Below, piece after piece: positions 1-7,915 of a stretch of DNA of 64,000 nt. Source of the DNA: Dehalococcoidia bacterium (GTDB lineage Bacteria; Chloroflexota; Dehalococcoidia; Lucifugimonadales; UBA1127); contig OZ220679.1 of the NCBI GenBank assembly GCA_965116355.1, forward strand, positions 926,669 through 990,668. Reading direction: 5' to 3'. The translations under genes and the position numbers were made by a program. The notes under the pieces were generated by a model, which saw nothing but the letters and a program-made list of their open reading frames with translations, was not told where the DNA came from and ran no database searches. Position 1 is the first letter of the stretch, and each line of letters starts with the position of its first letter.

Positions 1-1443
1 ATGCAGGTCGCGGACCAGCTCGCCGATCTCAAGGCGAATCACATGACGGCCACGACGGGCAAGGACGATCTGAAAGACGAGATCGAGCTGGTGCAAGACG
101 AATTGCGGGAGGCACTAGCTGACACACCTGCCCCGGAGAATGCTATCGACTGGCGGGTTGATTTCGCGGAGGTGTTCACTAAGCGGCGGGGGTTCGATAT
201 CGCCATCGCGAATCCTCCTTACGTGCAGTTGCAGACTAATGAGGGTCGCCTGGCAAACAAATACAAAAGCACCGGCTACAAGACCTTCGCCCGAACAGGG
301 GACATTTACCAACTCTTCTTCGAGCGAGGCTGCCAGGCGCTCAAGCCCGCCAACGGCCTGCTGGCATACATCTCTTCAAACAGTTGGCTCAAGGCGGAGT
401 ACGGCAGGTCCACCCGCCGTTACTTCTCCGATGAGCACACACCCCTGCGACTGCTGGAGCTGGGCAAGGACGTTTTCGAGGCGGCCATCGTGGATTCCGG
501 CGTGCTGGTGCTGCGGACGGGGGGTGCCGGCGCGGTGTTCCCCGGCGTCGACATGGACCGTTTACCCTCCAAGCAAGTCCCACCCGCCGAAGTCCTATGG
601 GGCCGCGTGCGGCCCAATAGTGAGGCACCCTGGAGCATCTTGTCCCCTTTGGAGCAGGGCGTGTTAGAGAAGATGCTGGCTGTGGGAACACCGCTGAAAG
701 ATTGGGATATTGCGATTAACTACGGGATAAAGACCGGCTTCAATGACGCCTTCATCATCGATAACCAGACTAAAGAGGGATTGATCGCACAGGACCCGCG
801 ATCCAAGGACATCATCAAGCCCGTACTGCGAGGCCGAGACATTGAGCGCTATCGAGCGAAATGGGCCGGCATGTGGCTCATCGACACTCACAACGGATAT
901 GACGGTGTCCCGCCGATTGAGATCAATGACTACCCTGCCATAAAGACTTACCTCGACGGCCAATACGAGCAATTGGAGAAGCGATACGACAAGGGACGGA
1001 CACCGTATAACCTTCGTAACTGCGCTTACCACGCAGAGTTCACTAAGGAGAAGCTCTTCTGGATAGACCTTACTGAACAGGGCAGGTTCGCGTACGACGC
1101 CAGCGAGATGTTCTGTGTGAATTCTGCATACATGATGACAGGGGATTCGATCAAATACCTATGCGCGGTACTTAACTCCACCCTCGTGACTTGGTTCATG
1201 GGGAGCAGCGCACTCAATTCAGGGATGGGTACCACTAGGTGGGTTAGATTCACAGTCGATCGCATTCCCGTTCCCACAATTGACACTACGAGGCAGCGGC
1301 CTTTTATCCAGCTTGTAGACAAGGTTTTGCATGCCCGCAGTGTCAAGGGGAATACGCGAGAGTTAGAGGCGGACATTGATCGACTAATCTATGCTCTGTA
1401 CGGCCTTACTGAGGATGAAATTCAGTGGATGGCCAGTAGCTGA
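1..1443 (+). CDS. N6-adenine DNA methyltransferase, Eco57I/PglX-like (type IIG / BREX-type); 5' end lies outside the window; C-terminal TaqI-like target-recognition domain (TRD)
   Basis: ORF is open to the window edge. Catalytic motif IV NPPY is present (DIAIANPPYVQLQ). C-terminal blocks GIKTGFNDAFIIDNQTKE, KPVLRGRDIERY, YLCAVLNSTL and YGLTEDEI are typical of TaqI-like specificity domains. Confidence 0.85.
   Translation: MQVADQLADLKANHMTATTGKDDLKDEIELVQDELREALADTPAPENAIDWRVDFAEVFTKRRGFDIAIANPPYVQLQTNEGRLANKYKSTGYKTFARTGDIYQLFFERGCQALKPANGLLAYISSNSWLKAEYGRSTRRYFSDEHTPLRLLELGKDVFEAAIVDSGVLVLRTGGAGAVFPGVDMDRLPSKQVPPAEVLWGRVRPNSEAPWSILSPLEQGVLEKMLAVGTPLKDWDIAINYGIKTGFNDAFIIDNQTKEGLIAQDPRSKDIIKPVLRGRDIERYRAKWAGMWLIDTHNGYDGVPPIEINDYPAIKTYLDGQYEQLEKRYDKGRTPYNLRNCAYHAEFTKEKLFWIDLTEQGRFAYDASEMFCVNSAYMMTGDSIKYLCAVLNSTLVTWFMGSSALNSGMGTTRWVRFTVDRIPVPTIDTTRQRPFIQLVDKVLHARSVKGNTRELEADIDRLIYALYGLTEDEIQWMASS
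741..778. repeat. Left arm of a 38-bp inverted repeat (candidate recombination site) inside the methyltransferase gene
   Basis: CAATGACGCCTTCATCATCGATAACCAGACTAAAGAGG matches the reverse complement of 2241-2278 at 37/38 positions. Flanking homologous coding sequence is clearly more diverged. Confidence 0.8.
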
Positions 1444-1506
1444 AGTTCTTGGGTCCTTCACTACCTTTGCAAGAGCAGCGGCCCGCCGGGCCAGATGCAA
1501 ATGGGC

Positions 1507-2361
1507 CTAAAGGTGTTCTTCGACTTCCGAAATCTCCTGCGGAGTTAGCCCGTAGAGCTGATACACCTTCTTATCAATTTCTGCTTCAGTCAATGATGTG
1601 TTGGACGCCTGATCCTTCACCTTGACTCGAATGATCTGATCAGTCATTTCGATGAACAGCCGCTGATTGCCGGGAGTGAGGCTTGGGATTGGGATGCGCT
1701 CAACTGCGAACTTCTTCCACTGAGGCAGCCCCATGCCAGTTGTCAATGCCGCGGTCTTCATTAGCCAGGCGATCAAGGTGCTGTTGAGGACTGCACACAG
1801 GTATTTCAAAGACGCACCGGTCATCATGAAGCCCTTGTCGTTGCAGAACATTTCATCATTGGAGTAGCTGAATCTACCTCGCGCGGTCATATCCATCCAA
1901 AACAGCTTCTCTCTCTTGAAATCCTCGTGGTAAGCGCAGGTATCCTGCATTTCGAACCACGCATTCGTGGTCTTTTTCCTTGCTTTGCTGGCGTTAGGCA
2001 GGGGTTTGCCCCTAGAGATAAACCCATTAGGCAACGTTACCCCTGACTGCTCTAATCGTGCTTTGCCAAAGCAAAGCAAATGCTCCTTGACAGCCGGATA
2101 GTCGTTGATGTTGAGACCAAGAGCAGGGAAGGTGGCTATAAGCCAATACCCTTTCCAGTGTGCTTGGTATCGCTGGATGTCTCTTCCCCGCAGCACTGGC
2201 TTGAGTATCTCGGCGGACTTGGGGTCTTGGGCTACCAGTGCCTCTTTAGTCTGGTTATCAATGATGAAGGCGTCATTGAGACCAGTGGTTATTCCTCTAT
2301 AAATCGCATATCCGTGCGATGAAGACCCAGGGCGTGACTCATGTTCGCCCAGTTGAAGCAC
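1507..2361 (-). CDS. Silent alternative TRD cassette: inverted, 5'-truncated paralog of the methyltransferase C-terminus with no methyltransferase core
   Basis: Protein blocks parallel those of 1..1443: GITTGLNDAFIIDNQTKE, KPVLRGRDIQRY, LKYLCAVLNSTL, YGLTPQEI. Homology starts only at the inverted repeat; the N-terminal approximately 20 aa of the ORF are unrelated. Orientation is convergent with the active gene. Confidence 0.7.
   Translation of the reverse strand: MLQLGEHESRPGSSSHGYAIYRGITTGLNDAFIIDNQTKEALVAQDPKSAEILKPVLRGRDIQRYQAHWKGYWLIATFPALGLNINDYPAVKEHLLCFGKARLEQSGVTLPNGFISRGKPLPNASKARKKTTNAWFEMQDTCAYHEDFKREKLFWMDMTARGRFSYSNDEMFCNDKGFMMTGASLKYLCAVLNSTLIAWLMKTAALTTGMGLPQWKKFAVERIPIPSLTPGNQRLFIEMTDQIIRVKVKDQASNTSLTEAEIDKKVYQLYGLTPQEISEVEEHL
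2241..2278. repeat. Right arm of the 38-bp inverted repeat
   Basis: Reverse complement equals 741-778 except for one C/T difference. Confidence 0.8.
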
Positions 2362-2457
2362 TTGAGCCTACCATTCTTGTCATCCAGCAAAGCCATGCTT
2401 GCAGAACCCATACGCACGGACAACCTGTAGTCATGTGCCAAAAGCAGGGAGGCCAGG

Positions 2458-3426
2458 ATGATAGACCGGACAGCAACAGGAATAGGGGTGTCAGTGGACG
2501 AGCTCCCATCCGAATTGGCTGACAACACCAAGACGGCATATCAAAAGGGATGGAAAAAGTTCATCGACTTCTGTGCTGCAGGAGACATTACCGATCCTCT
2601 TGCCGCATCTCCTAGTGACGTCGTCAATTTTCTTGTCCAACTGGCCACTCAGGCCAACCCACAAAGTGGGGTGACTCCCTCAATGGGCACTGTGTTGCTC
2701 TACAAGAGCGCGGTGAACAAGAAATACCTCGCTGCCGGGCAATCATCGCCTACGGGACACCCATCGGTACAGTCGACGCTCAAAGGGCTCGCAAGGCTCA
2801 AGGGATCCTCACCGCGTCAGGTGGAAGCATTTCGCGAATTCCATATCACCGCGATGTTGAAATCATGCCCCACTTCTCTCATAGGTAAGAGGGATGCTGC
2901 AATCATCGCACTTGGTTTCGCAGGGGCGCTACGCCGGTCGGAGATCTGTGGGCTGATGGTCGAGGATGTAGAGTTCATAGATCCCACAGCCACGGAGGCG
3001 CCGCGCATTTGGCTGACGATTCAGCACTCCAAGACAGACCAGCACGGGCGCGGGCAGAAGATAGCAATCGTGGACGGACAAGGTATCCGCCCAATAGAAC
3101 ATCTGCATTCGTGGCTTGACGCTGCCGGTATCTCGAAGGGCCCACTATTCCAGTCCATGAGGCGTGGCGGGCACCTGCGCGGCAATCCCATGCACCACAG
3201 CGACGTCCCGCGCATTCTGAAATACTACGCCACCAAAATCGGGCTAGATCCCAAGAACATAGCAGGACATTCGTTGAGGGCAGGATTCGTCACCAGTGCG
3301 GCTGTTCACAATGCCCGGTTAGACAAGATCATGGCCGTCACCCGCCATACTGACCCTGCGACCGTCCTGCGATACATACGCGATGCGGATGCCTTCACAG
3401 ATCACGCAGGACAGCATTTCCTCTAG
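2458..3426 (+). CDS. Tyrosine site-specific recombinase (phage-integrase / XerC-D family)
   Basis: N-terminal SAM-like core-binding region (TKTAYQKGWKKFIDFC). C-terminal catalytic region (ALRRSEI, HSLRAGFVTSAA, TRHTDPATVLRYI). GGGAGG lies upstream of the ATG. Confidence 0.85.
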   Translation: MIDRTATGIGVSVDELPSELADNTKTAYQKGWKKFIDFCAAGDITDPLAASPSDVVNFLVQLATQANPQSGVTPSMGTVLLYKSAVNKKYLAAGQSSPTGHPSVQSTLKGLARLKGSSPRQVEAFREFHITAMLKSCPTSLIGKRDAAIIALGFAGALRRSEICGLMVEDVEFIDPTATEAPRIWLTIQHSKTDQHGRGQKIAIVDGQGIRPIEHLHSWLDAAGISKGPLFQSMRRGGHLRGNPMHHSDVPRILKYYATKIGLDPKNIAGHSLRAGFVTSAAVHNARLDKIMAVTRHTDPATVLRYIRDADAFTDHAGQHFL

Positions 3427-3427
3427 G

Positions 3428-3456
3428 CTGACTAGCTTCCAGCCCATGGATATAAT
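3428..3456 (+). promoter_or_regulatory. Predicted sigma70-type promoter for the toxin-antitoxin pair
   Basis: CTGACT (3428-3433), a 17-nt spacer, then TATAAT (3451-3456), about 90 nt upstream of the antitoxin ATG. Confidence 0.35.
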
Positions 3457-3543
3457 GAGATGAACATCCTCTACTCCACTATACCTCCAACACTACTGGC
3501 GACCCTAAGGAAGCCGGAGGGGCCGATAGGGAAGGTGCATGGC

Positions 3544-3828
3544 ATGACGACACACGTGAGAGCGCGATACTCCAATGGGGTGCTGACGCCGCTGGAGCCT
3601 CTGGACTTGAAGGAGGGCTCCGAGGTGACGGTGTCGGTGGAAGAGGACAATGGCGCAAAGGCGGAAGTACAGAACGCCGGGGGGCCGTTAGCCAGCGTGC
3701 TGGCTCTGGTCCAGGAGATGGAGAATACCATTCCCCCGGAGGAATGGGCATCCCTTCCTACCGATGGTTCCAGAAACCATAAGCACTACTTGTACGGGCA
3801 TCCAAAGGAAGAGGACAGATGCGACTAG
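3544..3828 (+). CDS. Antitoxin, AF2212/DUF104-like (partner of the PIN toxin)
   Basis: VRARYSNGVLTPLEPLDLKEGSEVTVSVEE matches the DUF104 signature as I recall it. Internal ATG at 3544 chosen as start. The 3' end overlaps the toxin start by 10 nt. Confidence 0.75.
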   Translation: MTTHVRARYSNGVLTPLEPLDLKEGSEVTVSVEEDNGAKAEVQNAGGPLASVLALVQEMENTIPPEEWASLPTDGSRNHKHYLYGHPKEEDRCD

Positions 3829-4241
3829 TCTTCGTGGATGCCGGGCATTGGATCGCCCTGTGGAACCCGCAAGATGCGTTGCACCAAAGGGCGGTGGCCC
3901 TCTCCAGCACCTTGCAGGACGCTCAGCTAGTCACCACACAGTCTGTGTTGGCAGAGACCCTCGATTTCATGGCAGCCGCGGGGGAGTTTCGGCGGCTGTA
4001 TGCCGTACAGATGGTGCGTGACCTGGAAAGGAACCCCAACATCGAGATCATCCCGCAGACGGCGGTACAGTTCCGAGGTGCCGTCGAGCGGTATGCCGCG
4101 CGCAGCGACCAGCGGTGGAGCCTAACGGACTGCGCGAGCTTCCTTGCCATGGAGGAACGGGGCATCACGGAGGCCTTGGCCTACGACCGGGACTTTGAGA
4201 GGGCAGGTTTCCGTGCCCTGCTGCGAGAGGACCCCGCATGA
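3819..4241 (+). CDS. vapC: PIN-domain toxin (VapC-like ribonuclease)
   Basis: N-terminal VFVDAGHWIAL with the conserved Asp, and later acidic residues (SLTDCAS, YDRDF). About 140 aa, translationally coupled to the upstream small ORF. Confidence 0.8.
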   Translation: MRLVFVDAGHWIALWNPQDALHQRAVALSSTLQDAQLVTTQSVLAETLDFMAAAGEFRRLYAVQMVRDLERNPNIEIIPQTAVQFRGAVERYAARSDQRWSLTDCASFLAMEERGITEALAYDRDFERAGFRALLREDPA

Positions 4242-4275
4242 CCTCCGCACATTACTCCGCCAAGGATGTGCTGCG

Positions 4276-7200
4276 TTGAACATCCTTCACGCCACGACGG
4301 AGCCGACGCTGCTGGCCCGTCTCAAAGAGATGCTGGGCAGCTCGGCGAGTGCTGACATTGCCGTCGGTTACTTCTTCATCAGCGGCTTTGAGGCAGTGGC
4401 CGACGACTTTGCTCGATTGGGCAAGGTTCGCATCCTGGTAGGGCGCACGGACCGGCAAGTGCTGGACGAAGTCGCGCTCGGCCTGCAGCAGCAGCAAGCG
4501 CTGAGCGCGCGGCTGCGTGCGGATTCGCTCGTGCAACGCAGCCAACGAAGCCAGATTGCCCAGGAGACCATCGAACACGTTGCTGAAGGCATCGCAGTGC
4601 TCCCACAGCAGCGGGGCTCGGAGGAGGCGGTTTCAAAGTTGAGGGACATGGTGGCGCAAGGCAAGTTGGAGGTGCGGGCCTACTTGCGGAGCCCCCTGCA
4701 CGCCAAGGCGTACCTCTGCTGGTATGAGAATCACGCGGAACCCGGCTCCGCGGTGGTGGGGTCCTCCAACCTCACCCTTGCAGGGTTTACCGGCAATACT
4801 GAGCTCAACGTTCGCGTTACTGGTGACGCGGAGATGGAAGCCTTGCGTGAATGGTTCGACGCCCTGTGGAAGGAGTCTGAGGACATCAGCGGTGCCTTAG
4901 TCGCCGAGTTGGAACGCTCGTGGGCGCTGGCTAAGACCCCGCCGTACCACGTGTATCTGAAGGCGCTGTATGAGCTGTACTACACCGATGCGGGAAGCGG
5001 ACAACTGACAGTTCCCCCGCGTGACCAGGGGCTGGCCAATTTCCAGTTGGATGCGGTGCGTCGCGGGCTCTCGATGATCAGGCAATACGGCGGCTGCTAC
5101 ATCGGCGATGTGGTCGGGCTGGGCAAGACCTTCGTCGGCGCCGAGCTCCTGCACCAGCTTCGCATGAGCTATCCCAACGATGGCCCGCCTCTCATCCTTT
5201 GCCCAGCCAGGCTCAAGCCGATGTGGGAGCGATTCAACGAGCGGTTCGCGCTAGGTGCGGAAGTCGTCTCACACAGCATGATAGGCGCGCCGGCCGACTC
5301 CGAGTTCGATGAAGAGTTGGGCCGCTACGTAGATGTCGCTCAGCCAGGGCAAGGAGTCGTTCTCGAGCAAATGTACCGCAACCGGGGGCCGGTGCTGGTG
5401 GACGAGGCGCACAACTTTCGCAACATCAACCAGCGGTCCAGGGGGCTCGCCAGCTACCTGGAGTCGAGTGAGCACAAGGTCATCCTTATGAGCGCCACAC
5501 CGCAGAACCTTGGGCCGATGGACGTTTACCGCCAACTCCGCCTGTTTCTCCACGACACCGAACACGACCTGAATATCGAACCAATCAGTCTTGAGTCCTA
5601 CTTCCACAACGCCCAGCTGTGGCTGGTGTACCGTGCCGAGTATGAGAACTACGAGGCTGCGTACAGCGCATGGCAGGCGGCCGGATCAAGAGGGGCGCCG
5701 CCTCTGCCTCCCACCAAGCCAGGTGTTCTAAAGGCTGAAATCGACCAAGTGCTCATGCCCGTCTTTGTGCGTCGCCGACGCAAGGACATCCGTGACCTGT
5801 ATGGAGACACAGCGGAGATAGACGGCAAGCCAGTCCGCTTCCCCGAACCAGTGCTCGACAACGTGGAGTACCGGCTGGACAAGGTGTACGCAAAGGCAGG
5901 CCCCTTCGACGAGTTACAATCGCTAATCCTTGACCATCAGGCCGCTCGGTATCGTGCGACGGAGTACATCAAGGAAGCAGCGAAAGGGAAAGCAGAGTAC
6001 CGTGACCTCTTCCGTGCGGGGGACAGGATCGCCCGGCTTATGGGTGTCCTGCTACTGAAGAGGCTGGAGTCGAGCATTGAGGCATTTCGCTCCACATTGA
6101 CCTCCCTCCTTACAAGCAACCGGAACTTTCGACAGGCGCTGGATGCCGGCTTCGTTCCCATCGGGAGCACGGCCACGCGCATGTTGGCCGGCCAGTCGTT
6201 CGATGTCGATGATTTGTTGGAGGTTCTTACCCAGGAAGAACAGCGTCGACAGCAGGCTGGAAGCGGGCGAGACAAGCTAGTCCATGCGACCGACGACTTC
6301 GAGACCGATAGATGGAGCCAAGACCTGGATGCCGACTACGAGGTCTTGGAGAGCATCCTCGGCCGTGTTAAAGAAATCGGGCCAGAAGACGATGACAAGC
6401 TGCGGGCTCTCCGGGAGTTTCTCGCCAGGCCGGAGGTGAAGTCGGGGAAGGTGTTGATCTTCTCCGAAGCAGAAACCACAGTGGAATACCTATACAGGGA
6501 GCTCAATCCTGGCGGGGACCTGGCACACATCGCGCGCTTGACTGGTAGCACCAGCAACGTCGCAGAAAGCGTCGTCAAGCGATTCTCGCCCACGTGGAAC
6601 CTGGGAGCACGGGAGTCTATGCCTGGGCCGGAGATACAAGTGCTCTTGGCCACGGATGTCGTTTCCGAGGGCCAGAACTTGCAGGACTGTGCCTGCGTTC
6701 TGAACTATGACTTGCACTGGAACCCTGTGCGCCTCATCCAACGGTTCGGGCGGGTCGACCGGATCGGCACGGAACATGAAGTCATCAACCTGCACAACAT
6801 GTGGCCCGACCTCGCAGTTGATGCCGAACTGTCCCTGACGGAGCGGCTTCACCGACGCATTCAATCCTTCCATGACCTCATCGGCTTGGACAGCAAGCTC
6901 CTCTCCGACTCTGAGCGCCTGAACACTGGAGCGATGTATCGCATATACCAAGAAAAGGCCCTACCGGAGATGGATGACGGGCTTGATGAGGTGGCTGCCA
7001 ATCAGCGTGCGATTACGTTGCTCCAGCGCATACAGGAAGAGGACCCGGCGTTGTGGCAAACAATCACGCGGTTGCCGGACGGCATAAGGTCGGCCCTGTC
7101 GGTGCACGAAGAGCAGCCTGAAGCCTCGAACGAGCAGTACGCCCAAGCCGTGCTTGCTGTTGACGGGATGCAGGCCCCTCTGATCTCGCCGACGACCCTG

Positions 7201-7770
7201 ACTTCGATTGCTACTCCCTTTGACGACCCCAAACCAGGGGAGACTCTGGTTCTGCTAAGCGCGGGCGGGGTTAAGAGCTGCTACGCCGTCGACAGCAACC
7301 TGCAACCGCGTGCTATCAGTCCTGCCCAACTCATCGCGGCGGCTGAATGTGGCCCCGACACGCCAGCACAACAGCTGCCACAGGACACGAATGAACGCGT
7401 AATGGCAGCGTTCGAAACATTCTTCGCGGACTTCCAACGTCGGCTCGGGAGAGCTAGAAGGACGCGTGACACAAGAGTTCGTCGCTATATCTCTCGCCAC
7501 CTCGGTATCGCCATTCGTGAGGCGAGTGAGGAAACAAGTTTTGTGAGCCGGATCGACGTGTTGCGTCAGATATTCCTAAGTGACGTGTCGCCGCAGGTTG
7601 AGAGCGCTTTGGGCGAAATCAGGAATATGCAGCTCGAGGGCCCCGCACTCGTGACTCGCCTTGAGGCCCTCCGAGAGCGCTACCGTCTCAACCCACCCGA
7701 TGAAGCTGAAGTCGCTCAGAGCGTCGAGCCCCAGGTGATTCGCATAGTCTGCTCGGACGGGCTCGTTTAG
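4276..7770 (+). CDS. PLD-family nuclease domain fused to an SNF2-family (SF2) helicase, with a long uncharacterised C-terminal region
   Basis: N-terminal HxK PLD motif (SPLHAKAYLC...GSSNLTLAG). SNF2 motifs are I GDVVGLGKT, II LVDEAHNFRN, III LMSATPQN. Helicase-C is LATDVVSEGQNLQDC...NYDLHWNPVRLIQRFGRVDRIG. Start is uncertain: TTG 4276 is chosen because it follows the PIN stop and AAGGA, and ATG 4330 is the alternative. Confidence 0.8.
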   Translation: MNILHATTEPTLLARLKEMLGSSASADIAVGYFFISGFEAVADDFARLGKVRILVGRTDRQVLDEVALGLQQQQALSARLRADSLVQRSQRSQIAQETIEHVAEGIAVLPQQRGSEEAVSKLRDMVAQGKLEVRAYLRSPLHAKAYLCWYENHAEPGSAVVGSSNLTLAGFTGNTELNVRVTGDAEMEALREWFDALWKESEDISGALVAELERSWALAKTPPYHVYLKALYELYYTDAGSGQLTVPPRDQGLANFQLDAVRRGLSMIRQYGGCYIGDVVGLGKTFVGAELLHQLRMSYPNDGPPLILCPARLKPMWERFNERFALGAEVVSHSMIGAPADSEFDEELGRYVDVAQPGQGVVLEQMYRNRGPVLVDEAHNFRNINQRSRGLASYLESSEHKVILMSATPQNLGPMDVYRQLRLFLHDTEHDLNIEPISLESYFHNAQLWLVYRAEYENYEAAYSAWQAAGSRGAPPLPPTKPGVLKAEIDQVLMPVFVRRRRKDIRDLYGDTAEIDGKPVRFPEPVLDNVEYRLDKVYAKAGPFDELQSLILDHQAARYRATEYIKEAAKGKAEYRDLFRAGDRIARLMGVLLLKRLESSIEAFRSTLTSLLTSNRNFRQALDAGFVPIGSTATRMLAGQSFDVDDLLEVLTQEEQRRQQAGSGRDKLVHATDDFETDRWSQDLDADYEVLESILGRVKEIGPEDDDKLRALREFLARPEVKSGKVLIFSEAETTVEYLYRELNPGGDLAHIARLTGSTSNVAESVVKRFSPTWNLGARESMPGPEIQVLLATDVVSEGQNLQDCACVLNYDLHWNPVRLIQRFGRVDRIGTEHEVINLHNMWPDLAVDAELSLTERLHRRIQSFHDLIGLDSKLLSDSERLNTGAMYRIYQEKALPEMDDGLDEVAANQRAITLLQRIQEEDPALWQTITRLPDGIRSALSVHEEQPEASNEQYAQAVLAVDGMQAPLISPTTLTSIATPFDDPKPGETLVLLSAGGVKSCYAVDSNLQPRAISPAQLIAAAECGPDTPAQQLPQDTNERVMAAFETFFADFQRRLGRARRTRDTRVRRYISRHLGIAIREASEETSFVSRIDVLRQIFLSDVSPQVESALGEIRNMQLEGPALVTRLEALRERYRLNPPDEAEVAQSVEPQVIRIVCSDGLV

Positions 7771-7915
7771 GCGGACTCGGTGTCCCCTAGTCACCACTTC
7801 ACTCCGCTCATCCTGACAAGACGCGGCTTGGCCTTCGTGTCGAGTCTTGATTCAGGAGTTCAGAACGAAAGACCGAAATGTTGCTGGCATCTGTGGAAGT
7901 AAGGTGAAACAAGCA

